The notes beneath the pieces were generated by a model, which did not search any database, was not told the origin of the DNA, and worked only from the letters and a program-made list of their open reading frames with translations. A stretch of DNA of 63,963 nt, filler included, from Octopus bimaculoides (Eukaryota): NCBI RefSeq assembly GCF_001194135.2. It is 10 parts of 10 records of this genome, joined end to end, with 100 filler letters (N's around TTAATTAATTAA, not from the genome) between each part and the next. Parts side by side here need not be neighbours in the genome. Positions count along the whole stretch, not along the records: positions 16,827 to 36,843 come from NC_068995.1; 9 more parts are not named here. One strand, 5' to 3'. The first letter of the stretch is position 1. Each line of letters starts with the position of its first letter. Shown piece after piece: positions 22,860 to 35,339 of the stretch. Position numbers and translations under genes: made by a program.

Positions 22860-25733
22860 CAGTGGTTCTTCACCTTTTTACTACCACGCCTCCCCTATGA
22901 ATCTATCCTTCTCTCCTTGCATCTGTGAATAAAATTCCCTCCCAGATTTTGAATAAAATCTTAAAATATGTTTTTAGTCTTTTTGTTGAATATGAATTAG
23001 TCACATTTTACAAAATATGTTTAATCTTATATTTAATCACATTATACAAAAAGTGAGATACTTGACACTTCTTCTTAGCAAAAATGTCTTTTTTTTTATT
23101 GATTATGAATTAATTACATTATTAGTGAGATACTTGACACTGCTTCTTAGCTACAAGATCTTGAATGCTTGGTTGAATGTCAGAGAGTGCACAATGTAAG
23201 TCCCTTTCAACGTTCAGCCTGTTTCTGTACTTGGTCTTAACAGCAACGAGCATGCGAAATGCAGCTTCACAAAGATACGTGGATCCAAACATAGCTAAAA
23301 TCCAAAGAGCCTGATATGAAATCAGAGGATAAACAGGAAGGCACATGATCCAGAACATTTCAAGATCCAGAACATTTCAAGATCCAGTTCTATGAAGTCT
23401 TCCTTAGCTGTGGAGTTGAACTTCAGCTCAAGAAACTTCTCTTGCACTTCATCCAAAACATTAGTCACTTCACACTGAAATGGTTTCCTGATGAATTTCC
23501 AAGCTTCACGCTTTTCATCTATATCTGGGAAGTAGCTGATGAATTCTGCTTGCAAGTCTGTTAGATGAGTGATTATTTGTCTCTGTAACTCAGAATTAAG
23601 GTTACCGTGAATGAGAGCAGAATCCAAGTAACTAAAACTGGCTGTATTTCCCTGCTGAATTCAACATTTCCAGAGGTCGAGTTTCGCCATGAAGGTTCGA
23701 ATGGTGTCGTGGTGCGTGAGAATGTTGATGCTTTTCCCTTGTAGATTAAGGTCGAGAGCATTCAGCGCTTCGAAAATGTCCACCAGGTAAGCTAGAGGGA
23801 GCTGAAAGCCTTCAGACTGGAACTAGTCATGGAGGTCTGCCTTCTTCTGCAAATCTAGAAATAATGCTACTTCTTCTCATAGTTCATAAAGCATGTTCTC
23901 CTTTGATAGCCATCGTACGTTCGTGTGAAAAAGCAATGCTTCATATTCTGATTCCATATCTTTACACAACAGTTTGAAAATACGACTGTTTAAGGCTCCG
24001 CCTTTAACAAAGTTGTAACCCTGATAGCCACGTTCAGGACATTTCGTGATTCAGTAGGTAAGGTTCTGGATGCTAAGGCTTACCTACAACAGATGGATTT
24101 TTTACTTCACCCTAATAATGAATCCAGACTGTAGACCAAGCATGGCTGGAGCTCCATCAGTGCACACCCCTACCAGCGAACCCTACGAAAGTTGGTTTTC
24201 TTGAAAGAAGTTTGATACATCACGAAAAATAGCTGCTGCTGTCGTACAACTATCCATAGGGTGACAGAACATTTCCTCTTTTACACAGTTGCCTGACACA
24301 AAATGAGCACATACCAGTAGCTGAGAACACTGAGCGATGTCAGTCGTTCCGTCACACTGGATCGCAAAAACAGGAGAATCTCTTACTTGGTCGAGAATTT
24401 GATCTTAGATGTGTTGAGACAAGTCGTCGATCCTTCCTTTGACTGTATCGTTTGATAGTGAAATCTGGGAAAGCTTGTTTGCACTGTCTTTCTCCAAAAC
24501 GATTTCTACTTCACGGAGTAGACTTGGTTTTATGAGAGACTCTCCGATGCTATGGCTCTTCTTGCTCTTTACAACCAACATGGCGATCTCATAGGAAGCC
24601 TCAACAACCATTGTTGCCGAAGTGCCCCACTACCATCCAACTTAGTTTGCTTCGAGAAATGTCTTTTTGTTTCAAAGAATGCCTTGGGCTTGTCTATAAG
24701 AGCAGGATGTATTGTCCTCAAGTGGCGTTCCAAGCGTGAGCGTCGCATTCCAACATTGCTCAAAGTTTTGTAACATATCACACACTGGGAGACTTCTGGA
24801 GGGACACAAATGCAAATCGAATATATTCGCCAAGATACTTCCGTTTCTTTACACTCATTGCGAATTATTTGATGTGCAGTGGACAAAAGATAAGGCACGT
24901 GTAAGGTAATGTCAAGGCCCAAGTTAGAGCGCTAGCCGAAGTTAGAACGCTTGAATTAAAAAGTTCTGAAAAAAATTAAAACAAAAAAATTGGATTAAAA
25001 GTTAAATTAAAAGAAAAGTTATACGAAAATTTTGTACAANNNNNNNNNNNNNNNNNNNNNNNNNNNNNNNNNNNNNNNNNNNNNNNNNNNNNNNNNNNNN
25101 NNNNNNNNNNNNNNNNNNNNNNNNNNNNNNNNNNNNNNNNNNNNNNNNNNNNNNNNNTTTTATATTATAATTTTTTTCTTACAAAAAAAAATTACTATAT
25201 TTTTAAGATGAACATTTAATATTAAAATTTTGGTTTTATTGTTAAAATTTTTATTCTTCCAATCTGTTTTATTTTTTTTTTAGACTATTAAATTGAGCGA
25301 TAGTAGAACCTATTACATACTTTTTGTTTTATTTCCTATTTTTAAATATATCTCGCCCTCAGCATTCACGACGCAGCGAGTCGCGAAAGCGACGCGGCCG
25401 CCCGCCTGCTCCTTCTTCTGCTAAAATTTAAAAATAAGTTTTAAATTTTTAAATTAAGTGAATATTTCTTAGCATGTTACTATAATGAAAATTGTGGATC
25501 AAACTTGTTCATAATCTATTAACTGAAAAAGATGTTTGTCTTTACACGATAATAATATCTAAGCTTTATACCAGTGGTTCTTAACCTGAGTCTTGTAACA
25601 AACAAAAAAACAAAAAAAAAGGGCAAATGTTAAAGCTACAATTCAGAATTAGTGAGAGTTTTGAGGGATATGAAGGGGGTGTCAATAAGTACAGAAAATG
25701 GTAGGGGCGCGCTTCTCAATTTCAGAACTACTG
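22860..25733 (-). mobile_element. hAT transposon, Buster/Charlie (ZBED8/SCAND3-like), near full length and pseudogenised
   Basis: TIRs CAGTGGTTCT (22860) and AGAACTACTG (to 25733); identical 8-bp TSD CTCTGGAA at 22852-22859 and 25734-25741; frames give BED finger QCVICYKTL..LERHL, ISLSNDTVKGRI, CTDGAPAM, VRWLS, LAYLVDIF and FGSTYLCEAAF..KTKYRNRL. Confidence 0.95.
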
Positions 25734-25757
25734 CTCTGGAAGAAGACGGGCTGTGAA

Positions 25758-25997
25758 CTTTATTCTCCTGTCTGTATTCTTTTATCTTCTGTTTTACTCT
25801 TTACCCTTCTATCTACTGTTTTATTCCTTTATAAACCGTGAATTCCATGTCTAGAACTTTCATACATACTTACCTTGTCTCTGATGACGGAATACCTAGT
25901 GTATGGAGATGCTAACCTATTACTTGGAATATTCCAGAAACTGCTGTGAGACATTCAATAATTCACTTTACATTAATTATTCTAAATGACTTGAGAT
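25758..25997 (+). repeat. Penelope-like terminal-repeat segment, right arm of inverted pair
   Basis: Inverted homologue of 22487-22789. Confidence 0.75.
25876..25953 (+). ncRNA. Type I hammerhead ribozyme motif (stem I perfect, cleavage triplet mutated to GTG)
   Basis: tgtct-CTGATGA-cggaata...tattcca-GAAAC-tgct-GTG-agaca; TGTCT/AGACA pair, and GGAATA/TATTCC can pair. Confidence 0.5.
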
Positions 25998-25999
25998 TC

Positions 26000-27050
26000 T
26001 GGTCCTGCGAGTATTTGACCTCAAATCCACTTCAGAATCATTACATCTCCAGCCAGGTTTCATCATTTCTTTTTAAGCCATATCCAGTGCCTAAGCCCTC
26101 TTAACAGATGCCGTGATATCCTTCAAGATGGCGTTTGCTTACTGATGTTGGACACCAATCGATAACAGCTGCCATCTATGTCTCATCCGAATAAAACTCC
26201 TACATCTAACTTCTGCAAGAAAGTGTATTGCACTCCAGCCAACATAAATACCGTATTCTAGTAGCGTCTCATAGCGCTCGACTTTTCTAACCAGGGCTGC
26301 ATCTATATTGTCTTTGTGTTGAACAGTTGATTCAACAAGATGTATTATCTTACGTTTCTCATACCATACCGTCATATCCGCCTTCTTCCGTGTTGGTATT
26401 GAAAAGAGGCGTTCACTCCCTACAAGATCTGCTGCTACCTCCCATACTCCGTCCTAGCGCTCATCATTCACGCTTTTCTTGTTTTGGGCAGCCACATTGA
26501 TTTTGACAGACAAACGTGATCTGCGGTTTCTTGTTACCACTGATTGCTTCATTCTATTTCTTAGCGGCACTATAAAGAATTTTGAGGACCTCCATGTGTA
26601 CTTTTCCAAAACCATTGTAATTCACCCTTTTTCCATCTGAACTGATTGCGAGGGGATGGCTGCACATCATAGGCGGCTTGAAGGAGGAAATTCAACTGTG
26701 ATGCGCTCCACTGTCAAATTTCATTCCAACCTACCTTCCTTCCAATAATCTTTTCTTCCCACTTGGTCATATGACAGAGGGCATTGAATCAAAATGCAGT
26801 TCGTTTTTCTCTGATTCTTTGCTTTTAACACAGCCACAGATGGCGGCTCTATGCTCTCTCTGTGTCATCGCTGAAAATGGTTTAATTGGATTGCAAACAA
26901 TCTCCTTCCGGTCAATTTGAATTGCTCCCACTTTATCTCGGCGTTCCAGTGATGTCATGATGTCATAAGTTTCTTTCTATAGGAACCATTTTTGTCCAGT
27001 TTTGACATCTGGCCGATTGTCACGTATTTTTATGTCATTGAACTCCCTCA
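26000..27050 (-). mobile_element. HERO-like RLE non-LTR retrotransposon, 3' relic
   Basis: DKVGAIQIDR, AAYDVQPSP, KYTWR, EVAADL, KADMTVWYE...HLVESTVQHKDNIDAALVRKVERY...GW..HFLAEVRCRSFI, matching the RPDxV-ELTVP-RK-EVGCRGF layout of HERO-type endonuclease tails. Confidence 0.75.
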
Positions 27051-27538
27051 ACNNNNNNNNNNNNNNNNNNNNNNNNNNNNNNNNNNNNNNNNNNNNNNNN
27101 NNNNNNNNNNNNNNNNNNNNNNNNNNNNNNNNNNNNNNNNNNNNNNNNNNNNNNNNNNNNNNNNNNNNNNNNNNNNNNNNNNNNNNNNNNNNNNNNNNNN
27201 NNNNNNNNNNNNNNNNNNNNNNNNNNNNNNNNNNNNNNNNNNNNNNNNNNNNNNNNNNNNNNNNNNNNNNNNNNNNNNNNNNNNNNNNNNNNNNNNNNNN
27301 NNNNNNNNNNNNNNNNNNNNNNNNNNNNNNNNNNNNNNNNNNNNNNNNNNNNNNNNNNNNNNNNNNNNNNNNNNNNNNNNNNNNNNNNNNNNNNNNNNNN
27401 NNNNNNNNNNNNNNNNNNNNNNNNNNNNNNNNNNNNNNNNNNNNNNNNNNNNNNNNNNNNNNNNNNNNNNNNNNNNNNNNNNNNNNNNNNNNNNNNNNNN
27501 NNNNNNNNNNNNNNNNTATATATATATATATATATATA

Positions 27539-27573
<35 letters not shown>

Positions 27574-27872
27574 GGTAAAAAGTATGGGAAACTAAGTTGA
27601 AAGTATGTAGAATGTTTTCAACGAGTATGCACATGCACAGCGCACATACATTCGTACGAGCATGGATACTCACGTGCAAACGTCCATTCATGTATACATG
27701 CATAATTACATACATACACATATGTATGCACTTATACATACATATGTATGTGTGCTTGTCTATAGGTATGTAGACACACACATCAGTATGAAAACACACA
27801 CATACACATAAAGATTATGCGCTCCCTCTCGTTTAGAAACGCACTTATGAATGTATAATCACAAATCTTCAT

Positions 27873-28070
27873 GACTATACATGCACACATTTATACCACA
27901 CTCAGCATCAGCCTCATATACTTCAGAAACATCTACGAGGAAAATCTAGCCTTGTTAAACAGATCAAGTATTATAACTCCTACGGAGTAGATGATCACCA
28001 TTGAGATTATGGTTTAATTGGCTATTACTGAGCCTCAATGCAATTAAAACCATGCGTGACCTTGTAATCA

Positions 28071-28134
<64 letters not shown>

Positions 28135-29647
28135 ACATGTATGTATATATACATACACACACACATATACATATATATATGTAGACACATACGTACAAAC
28201 ATGCATACATACTTATATGTATACGTGTGTGTCTGTGTATGTCTATATGTATGTACGTTTGTATAAGTATGTATAAACAGGGAGGCAAGTACCCCAAATA
28301 AATCATCTGCTGTAAACTTGACAATAAGTGTTTATGAGGAATTACAGATCGGTTTATAAGAGTTTATGAATTAAACTTTTATGAAAGTGTTTTAGACTTT
28401 ATATACTCATTCATCTATTTATGTTATATATAAAATTATGAACAACAGCGTCGTCAATTGCAGATTACCAATGGACAATCCTTGGTTCACTGTATTTCTG
28501 ACGATGATAGCAAGAAGGAGATATCTAATTTGATGCAGAACAATTTACTGGAGGGACTTACTTTCGTTAAGCAGGATTTTTTTGTTTTTACTTTTTCTCG
28601 ATGATATATTTATATCTTCTGCTAATGTACGAGAATGATAAAATAAGGAAGCATAGATATGAACAGAAATGAATGAAAGTTATAAATAATAGAAACTTTT
28701 AATAGAAACGGTTCTTAAGTGAAACCCTGTCTAAGAGCATGTCTCTTTCAGACAATTCATTATATGTGGTGGCATAGGATTGTGTTGTTTTTAATGGGGT
28801 AACTCAAACTTTTGTAATTGGATCAAATCTGCCACAAATATCAAAGTTTCAATCCTTAATAGTGTGGTGAACCGAATTTGATACTTTTTGTAGAATTGGA
28901 TGATGATTAGATGGACAAATCTAGACGAGTGTCTTCTGTCAAACACTAATGTATTGGCCAACAACCTGTAAGTGAAATTGGGTGGACAGAAACTGTATGG
29001 AAGCCCGTGGTATCATATTTGCTATATTTGATCCATTGCTCGATTAAACATCCTTGAGTGACTAAAAGTCGCTTCTGATGAAAACATCCAAAGAAGGTTT
29101 TTGGTCGAAGCATATATCCCTCTCGTTATTCCATTAGTGTTGGGAATAATTAAAGCGGCTGCACCTCATCCCCTCAAACTCAGGCTACGTCTAATCCGAT
29201 AATCCGATAATCCGCTGCAACTTGGTCAGCGAATCCTCTGCGACGGTCGTCGTTCGACAGTAAGATGAGCTGCTCTGGATTACAATATCCAAAACTGTGT
29301 ACGTATGTGACCGGGGACCACAAGTGAGCTTGTATTTCTCCTGAAACTCTGAACACGAACTCTACACCTCAACAGCCAATGACGACTACGACTAAGGCGT
29401 CCGCGCTATCCGACGCGCTTGCTTTCGTATTCTCAGCATGATTAAACTCTACTTACAAGGTCACGCATGGTTTTAATTGCATTGAGGCTCAGTAATAGCC
29501 AATTAAACCATAATCTCAATGGTGATCATCTACTCCGTAGGAGTTATAATACTTGATCTGTTTAACAAGGCTAGATTTTCCTCGTAGATGTTTCTGAAGT
29601 ATATGAGGCTGAGGCTGAGTGTGGTATAAATGTGTGCATGTATAGTC
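27873..29647. repeat. 195-bp near-perfect inverted repeat (arms 27873-28067 and 29453-29647)
   Basis: Base-by-base comparison by eye finds a single mismatch (cagcAtcag versus cagcCtcag); no TSD outside the arms. Confidence 0.95.
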
Positions 29648-31440
29648 GGAGCCGGCTCAACCCACACCGAGTGAACGCTGCAGCAAGTACAAGTAAGTAC
29701 TTCATCTCCTGACAATTAAACCATATTATGACAAAGAATTGAGAGAGGCGATAACTGAGACATCTGCATATATCATTAGCATGGAACAATGGACTTAATT
29801 ATAATGGTGATGTTTATAATGATGACGATGATGGTGATGACCATGATAATGATGGCGTTCATATAAATGTATTGCGTGTGTTCTCACAGTTTATGGATCT
29901 TCTATCTATCCGCAGAGCTGTTTAGGTATGTCTTTCTGATGATTAATGTGTCAAATTTCGTCAGTATATATTACAGATGCACAAAAACATGTCTATGTAC
30001 CTGCTTACCTACCAAGGTAGGCATGTAAATAAACTTGTGTTTGTTTCTCTATCTGTATTTCCTTATCTATCTATTCATCTATTTGCCTGTTTATCTTCCT
30101 ACCTATTTGTCTGTTTGTCTCTTTTGTCTGTCTGTCTGTCGCTCTGTCTATATACACACACACATATGCACATATATACCAACATACATATACATATGTA
30201 TATGCATATATACGTACATGTGAGTGTGTGTGCGTATGTTTTCACGCGTGCGGGTGAGATGTTTAAACACCCAGCGCTTTGCGGGAGTCACCCCCCACCG
30301 CGCTAACGCAGCCAGCCGGTAAACAACTAGACGAGGTACATTGAGTATGCGTGGTCGATAATGTCCACAACACTAGCAATGCTTCTAATTAATATTTGAA
30401 TATAAGTGTATATATATATATATATATATATATATNNNNNNNNNNNNNNNNNNNNNNNNNNNNNNNNNNNNNNNNNNNNNNNNNNNNNNNNNNNNNNNNN
30501 NNNNNNNNNNNNNNNNNNNNNNNNNNNNNNNNNNNNNNNNNNNNNNNNNNNNNNNNNNNNNNNNNNNNNNNNNNNNNNNNNNNNNNNNNNNNNNNNNNNN
30601 NNNNNNNNNNNNNNNNNNNNNNNNNNNNNNNNNNNNNNNNNNNNNNNNNNNNNNNNNNNNNNNNNNNNNNNNNNNNNNNNNNNNNNNNNNNNNNNNNNNN
30701 NNNNNNNNNNNNNNNNNNNNNNNNNNNNNNNNNNNNNNNNNNNNNNNNNNNNNNNNNNNNNNNNNNNNNNNNNNNNNNNNNNNNNNNNNNNNNNNNNNNN
30801 NNNNNNNNNNNNNNNNNNNNNNNNNNNNNNNNNNNNNNNNNNNNNNNNNNNNNNNNNNNNNNNNNNNNNNNNNNNNNNNNNNNNNNNNNNNNNNNNNNNN
30901 NNNNNNNNNNNNNNNNNNNNNNNNNNNNNNNNNNNNNNNNNNNNNNNNNNNNNNNNNNNNNNNNNNNNNNNNNNNNNNNNNNNNNNNNNNNNNNNNNNNN
31001 NNNNNNNNNNNNNNNNNNNNNNNNNNNNNNNNNNNNNNNNNNNNNNNNNNNNNNNNNNNNNNNNNNNNNNNNNNNNNNNNNNNNNNNNNNNNNNNNNNNN
31101 NNNNNNNNNNNNNNNNNNNNNNNNNNNNNNNNNNNNNNNNNNNNNNNNNNNNNNNNNNNNNNNNNNNNNNNNNNNNNNNNNNNNNNNNNNNNNNNNNNNN
31201 NNNNNNNNNNNNNNNNNNNNNNNNNNNNNNNNNNNNNNNNNNNNNNNNNNNNNNNNNNNNNNNNNNNNNNNNNNNNNNNNNNNNNNNNNNNNNNNNNNNN
31301 NNNNNNNNNNNNNNNNNNNNNNNNNNNNNATCCAATGAATTACTGGTTCATTACGAAACAGCTGTAAGAGAATATGTTGAATTTTTGCAGTTAATAAATT
31401 ACATTAATGCAACATCTCCATTTTCTGAATTTTAATTACA

Positions 31441-31620
31441 TTTACTCTTTACTCTTCTACTTGTTTCAGTCATTTGACTGTGGCCATGCTGGAGCACCGC
31501 CTTTAGTCCACCAAATCGACACCAAGTCTTATTCTTTGTAAGCCTAGTACTTATTCTATCGGTCTCTTGTGCCGAGCTGCTAAGTTACGGGGTCGTAAAC
31601 ACAGCCATAAACACACACAG

Positions 31621-31661
<41 letters not shown>

Positions 31662-31826
31662 CATATATACGATGGGCTTCTTTCAGTTTCCGTCAACCAA
31701 ATCCACTCAGAAGGCTTTGGTCGGCCCGAGGCTATAGTTGAAGACACTTGCCCAAGGTACCACGCAGTGGGATTGAACCCGGAACCATGTGGTTGGTAAG
31801 CAAGCTACATACCATACGGCCATCCT
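31441..31826 (-). mobile_element. SINE family A, essentially full length
   Basis: Tail, ggccatgctggagcaccgcc, internal (CA)n(TA)n, aagacacttgcccaaggtaccacgcagtgggattgaacccgg (reverse B-box) and head. Confidence 0.9.
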
Positions 31827-32439
31827 NNNNNNNNNNNNNNNNNNNNNNNNNNNNNNNNNNNNNNNNNNNNNNNNNNNNNNNNNNNNNNNNNNNNNNNNNN
31901 NNNNNNNNNNNNNNNNNNNNNNNNNNNNNNNNNNNNNNNNNNNNNNNNNNNNNNNNNNNNNNNNNNNNNNNNNNNNNNNNNNNNNNNNNNNNNNNNNNNN
32001 NNNNNNNNNNNNNNNNNNNNNNNNNNNNNNNNNNNNNNNNNNNNNNNNNNNNNNNNNNNNNNNNNNNNNNNNNNNNNNNNNNNNNNNNACCACTACAAGT
32101 TCAATATGGCACAAACTACTGCCGCGACAAGTACCATTTCACAATCATTACCCACACTACTACTACAGTCATTACAATTTGTGAAACCAATACCACTAGC
32201 AGCACCTGTACATAAACATTTTGAAAGCATTCTTCTTTTTCGAAATAGGAAATAGAATGGAAAGAGGAAGAAGGTCGAGGGGGCAAAAATTGAACGAAAA
32301 TTAAATAAACTAAAGAGAAATCCAGGCTAAAATGCCCACATGGAAATGGGCTATACAGAGACTGCATATGTAAGTGCGTGTGCGTGTATGTGTGTGTGTA
32401 TGTATGTGTGTTTGAAGTTCTGAGAAATGATGCTAGGTT

Positions 32440-32655
32440 ATAATCCTTTCTAGTGTAGGCACAAAGCTTGAAATTTGGGGGAGGGGCTAGTCAATTACAT
32501 CAACCCCAGTATTTCACTGGTACTTAATTTGTCAACCCCGAAAGGATGAAAGGCAAAGTCGACTTCGGCAGAATTTGAACTTAGAAAGTAAAGACGGACA
32601 AAATGCTGCTAAGCATTTTGTCAGGCGTGCTAACGAGTCTGTCAGTTCGTCGCCT
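32440..32655 (-). mobile_element. SINE family B
   Basis: Reverse complement of the family B consensus seen at 779 and 19212. Confidence 0.85.
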
Positions 32656-32899
32656 TGATGCCAGGCTATAATGGTTAGTGGTTTTCATATTCCTTGTAAA
32701 CTGTTTTCTCGAATCTGTAATTCTACACAAAATATGAATTTAATGAAATTAGTTCAAAATCTACTACTGTAACATTGGCATCCATAGCGTAACACATTTA
32801 ATCACGTATAATCACTACAAAACATAATACATACATGATCACCACAGAGTTACATCGTCTGTATGAAAATCAACCATCGTTAACGTATTGTTTATGTAT

Positions 32900-33468
32900 T
32901 TAAAAGACTAATTCAGTGGATGATGTGCAGCCATCGGTTCGTCGCTGGATTAACCTGAATTCAAAAGAGCACGTGCTTGGGGCATCAAGGGAAGAGAGGT
33001 ACCACAGAAATAGGGGAATGGTTTATGGCACAAAAGAATTCACTTTAAACATCATTGAATGTGTCTTTCCAAATGTAGATATTGTCTTTCGTATATTTTT
33101 AACATTAATTGTCACAAACTATTCAGCTAAGCGTTCATTTTCTCAGCTGAAGTTTATTAAAAATCCCATCAGGAGAATTATTTAATAAGGCAGGCTTAAT
33201 GCCTTATCTCTACTAAGTATAGAAGCAGATGTGTTACATAAGATTAATTTCAAGGATCTGATCTAAGACTTTGTAATTAAAAAAGAACCGCAGGAGAAAA
33301 TTTTTCAAATATAAAGTAGAGGTATTCAAAAATAAACATTATTTTCCATCTTACTGTTAGTTTTGTCTCATTTTGAAAAATAAAAATTTATTTTATGGCA
33401 TATTATTGTTTATATTTTTAATTACATATATAAATAAGGACACCCTTTGGGGCCTTAATCCGGCCCTG
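32900..33468 (+). mobile_element. hAT transposase C-terminal relic (ZMYM1-like) with 3' TIR
   Basis: VFPNVDIVFRIFLTLIVTNYSAKRSFSQLKFIKN...RLNALSLLSIE (hAT dimerisation domain); terminus ttaatccggccctg. Confidence 0.8.
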
Positions 33469-34854
33469 TATCCATCTCATAATACTTTCAAAAGGTCCCC
33501 GAAACAAAAGAAAGGAAGGGAGGAAGTTATCTTCAGACAAGACTCTTGACCTGAATGTTTGTTACAGATTATACTCCGCTAGGCACACGCAAGTACCAAA
33601 TTGTGGTGTTAAACTGGGTGACAGACCGAATTTACTTTCTAGGATTTAAAATATTAGATACATTAACCGAAAAATATGTATTACAATTATTAAATTTCCA
33701 AACAATTCAGTCTCTGTTTTGCTAAGGAAAGCAGAATAATATCGAAACATATTTGGAGTTGTCACCCAATTCTACCAAAATAACTCCTTTTTTTTTTTAA
33801 AATTCAAATAGCGTTTTAATAAATCACGCCTTAACCATGTTGACACTAACATACCTATTGTGTTGTAAATATGCGGGTATCTGAGCATTATACAAGCTCT
33901 ATCTATTTTCCTTAATACATTAACTTTGGTAACAGAAGACTTTAATCTCCACCACCAAATTATAGAGGAAGTCATATTTATATGTATACTTACACACACG
34001 CAGACACGAACACATAACTACTTAAATATACATGTATGTTTATATACACACGTTACTTTAATTATTGCATCATTTGTTCTCTAAAGACATTAAAATCAAA
34101 CCACATACACCACAAGTATCAAAAGGATTAGGTTGCGAAATTCTGTGAACACAGAAAGGATGGAAGCTGTAGATATTGTTTGAGTTATTATTTCTGCTGA
34201 GTTAATTAAATAAACAGAACAGTTTGTACGTTTTATCTGATATTGCTGTTAGTTTCGATTCTTGTTATTACATCAAATCCCGAAGAAGTAAAAGAACCAA
34301 CTTTGCTGTAGGTAACACATTCTATCCTTAAACAGAATTTGGAAACTGGAGATTTTTTTCTTCAAGAATTACTTGCATTTTACCTAGCCAAGCATGTGTA
34401 GCACTAATTAGCCTTTAATTGGTATAAAGCTATAATTGGCAAAGCAAGGACAAGAAAGAGTTCTTTTGTATAGAGGAGCGACTGCATCGTACTAAAGTAT
34501 ATAATGGAATCTGAAATTCCAATGCGGTATCATAATTACAGGAGAATTAATGATGGAAACTGAATAGTTCCTATTTTAACTCTTGTACTGATTCCAAACA
34601 TTGGGTTGCAGCCATGCTGGAACACTGCCAGCTACATGGGGTTCTTTTTGATTTGCTAGGAATAGCAACCAAATTGCGAAATGAATTAAACCTAAACGTG
34701 CTAAAAAATAGAAGAGCACATTAGATTATATAGTTCAAGATGTAATCTGCTAGAACGTTTCATATCAAAACACTTTTGAACAATTTCACACATTCTGCTC
34801 TATAAACATCAGAAGCTGTTACAGAAAAAATGACGTTTTACAAAACAATGTTTT

Positions 34855-34980
34855 CCGGTTCTTTACGTTCCGAGTTCGGATCTCACCAACTTTGCATTCA
34901 TTTTTTTCGGGGACGATTCCTATCGACGAATCTCCTTTCCTAAGAATGGCTGGCTCTGCGCCTATATTAGAAACTATTAT
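34855..34980 (+). mobile_element. SINE family B fragment
   Basis: ctttacgttccgagttcggatctc...cattttttcggggacgat...gcgcctatattagaaac. Confidence 0.6.
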
Positions 34981-35339
34981 TATATTATGGTCATCATATT
35001 GTAATGTGACGGAAATTTGGAGCTCTGTAAGTAGAAAAAGTGTTTGTAATATTTTCAGCCTTGTAAGGCCTCGTGTGTTCATTTTATTGCCACCATTGCA
35101 ATTCTGAGATTTTCTGGACTGCTCAGATAGTATTTTTGTGAAGAAACACCCCCTGTCTTGCAGGAGGTGCACATTAATAATTTTTGAATTTCGAAAAACT
35201 TTCGGCAAAAGCAAGTATTTTGCAATTTTCTTTAACCATATAAAGATGGCTGATAAAGAAGCTATCATAATGTTCGACACAGGAACGCGCTCCGAGTCGG
35301 AAAAATTGAGAACGATGGACAAAATGAGAACATAGATAT

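Noticed and set aside
34819-35322. 167-aa minus-strand ORF
   Set aside because: Spans a SINE fragment and the antisense of the Tx1 5' region; no recognisable domain.
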